Below are positions 62,559-64,000 of a DNA stretch of 64,000 nt, piece by piece (the first letter of the stretch is position 1; every line of letters begins with the position of its first letter). The stretch lies in NCBI GenBank assembly GCA_030602565.1, contig JAUVZL010000005.1:6467-70466 (forward strand), given 5' to 3'. Below the pieces are notes generated by a model. The model worked only from the letters and a program-made list of their open reading frames with translations, searched no databases and was not told where the DNA came from. The position numbers were made by a program, and so were the translations under genes. The DNA is from Candidatus Stahliibacteriota bacterium. GTDB taxonomy: Bacteria > Hydrothermota > Tepidihabitantia > SM23-42.

Positions 62559-64000
62559 ATGACACAAATTAACGAATATCTTAATAAGACTGCAATCCTT
62601 GGGGATCATGTAAATGAAGTCTCACAATTACTAAACAAGAACAATGATAATATACAAAAGCTCACTCGGGAAATGGAAGTTCTTTTTGCCCGTTTCTCGC
62701 GGGGTGACGAACTAATAAAGATTATTCAGAATTACTCCAAGAGCCTACACAAGGATATTCTTATTTTAAAGGACTCGTACACGCAATACGAGGACACCAT
62801 GGAGGAAACTAACGACCGGCTGGTGAGCCTCAGTGAATTTCTGAAGTCTTTGATCAACATGCTGCAGCAAATCCAGAATAACGCAGGCCTCTTTGTCAAA
62901 TCAGCTCAATCACTGGCTAACCTTTCCAAGAATATAGAAATACGCGCCCACCACGCGAAGAAAGAAGGTAAGGGGTTGGCAATTATCGCTAAAGAGTGCC
63001 TCTCGCTTGCCCGGCTTGCCCAACTTCCATTTCAGGATTTCAGCACTTTACTGAACAACCTTGAACAAATTGCCAGCCCAGTAATTGAAGAACTCAGTAA
63101 GACAATCGTATTCTCGTCGCGGGCACGCACTTTACTGAAACAATTGTTCGAATCCCTAAAGACGATTGATGACACAACTGTATCACTGCAGAATATAATC
63201 ACCCAACTGGAAGAAAACAGCCTCGTTAACCAAGGACTAAAAGCCAGCGTATCCGAAGGGTTAAATGTTCTAAAGAACCAACTCCTCATATCGATGAATA
63301 CGATCGACGACATCTCAGTTCACTGCACACAAATCAGTTCTTTAGCCCAGACCTTGAATGCTCTGAGCGAAACTTCCTCATTAGTTAAAGAACAAGCTTC
63401 AAATAACGTTGAAAGTTCAAGCACATCATTTATTGAACAACAGTATAACTTTTTTTTACAAGAAAATATAAAAAACATAGCGAAGTTCTCAACCGGCAAA
63501 CAACCACCACTGTTCCCGCATAAGATCTACCAAAGTATTGGCAATATGACCAGTCAAATAGTGGAACTCTATAACTCGGTAAAAGAAATTCATGAATATA
63601 AAGAGACCCTGGGTACGGATATGGCAGAAATCGTTGATTTGGGCAAGCAGATTGAGAATTTCCTGGATGAAATACAGAGTATTTATGAACGCCTGAACGA
63701 TTTGGGTGAAAATTTGAGTTCTGAGATTAAAAAAATCGAGGTGCTTGTCTCTTCAACCGGTAAAATTTTCAATAAGATCAAAACCCTGTCTGTATTTGCG
63801 AAAATTGAAGAAGGCAGAAGCTCAAAATACCAGGACATTATCTTACCTATTGTGAACGAGTTTGTTCAACTTGAAGCAGAAACCGAACGAGCATTCGCCA
63901 GTATTGTTCCACAACTAACACTGGTAAAAAAGGATGCTAATGTTCTGGGTAAAGAAAGGATGTTGGTACGTCCAGAAAAGATCAAGCCGCCGGATTATTC
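62559..64000 (+). CDS. Coiled-coil protein with divergent MCP-like signalling motif (3' partial; absent from the ORF track)
   Basis: Open frame to the window end; 'LANLSKNIEIRAHHAKKEGKGLAIIAKECLSLA' resembles the MCP hairpin motif. Confidence 0.65.
   Translation, partial: MTQINEYLNKTAILGDHVNEVSQLLNKNNDNIQKLTREMEVLFARFSRGDELIKIIQNYSKSLHKDILILKDSYTQYEDTMEETNDRLVSLSEFLKSLINMLQQIQNNAGLFVKSAQSLANLSKNIEIRAHHAKKEGKGLAIIAKECLSLARLAQLPFQDFSTLLNNLEQIASPVIEELSKTIVFSSRARTLLKQLFESLKTIDDTTVSLQNIITQLEENSLVNQGLKASVSEGLNVLKNQLLISMNTIDDISVHCTQISSLAQTLNALSETSSLVKEQASNNVESSSTSFIEQQYNFFLQENIKNIAKFSTGKQPPLFPHKIYQSIGNMTSQIVELYNSVKEIHEYKETLGTDMAEIVDLGKQIENFLDEIQSIYERLNDLGENLSSEIKKIEVLVSSTGKIFNKIKTLSVFAKIEEGRSSKYQDIILPIVNEFVQLEAETERAFASIVPQLTLVKKDANVLGKERMLVRPEKIKPPDY

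Overview
Chromosomal segment of a diderm bacterium (LptFG, TonB receptor, OmpA, TolC). Proteins with C-terminal 'YDVTGRLV...GVYFV' sorting tails suggest an FCB-adjacent or WOR-3-like lineage; this placement is inference. Most of the window is housekeeping: pgeF, recJ, rnpB, a cobalamin riboswitch with a BtuB-like receptor, IPCT/DIPPS, EndoQ, guaB, lptFG, accD, PBP1A, thyX, a tsaC-phosphatase fusion, purE/purD, GGGPS, a MacAB-TolC-like exporter, larE, a chromate transporter, an adenylate cyclase and four tRNAs. The most notable findings are: (1) three 114-nt cassettes inserted exactly at operon stop/start junctions, each flanked by ATGAA and encoding an intact 37-aa ORF (MNPAP...KGAG) coupled to both neighbours, with its own Shine-Dalgarno; (2) one palindromic repeat family inserted both into the P9 helix of RNase P RNA and in frame into ThyX; (3) a tandem array at 43-47.4 kb of hypervariable Gly-rich membrane-protein paralogs, each followed by a truncated N-terminal stub of a ~3,760-aa secreted multidomain protein, with a TA pair in the middle and a +1 frameshift behind the signal peptide of the full-length copy; (4) near-consensus sigma70 promoters that almost always have a 16-bp spacer. 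No CRISPR array, integrase or reverse transcriptase was seen.
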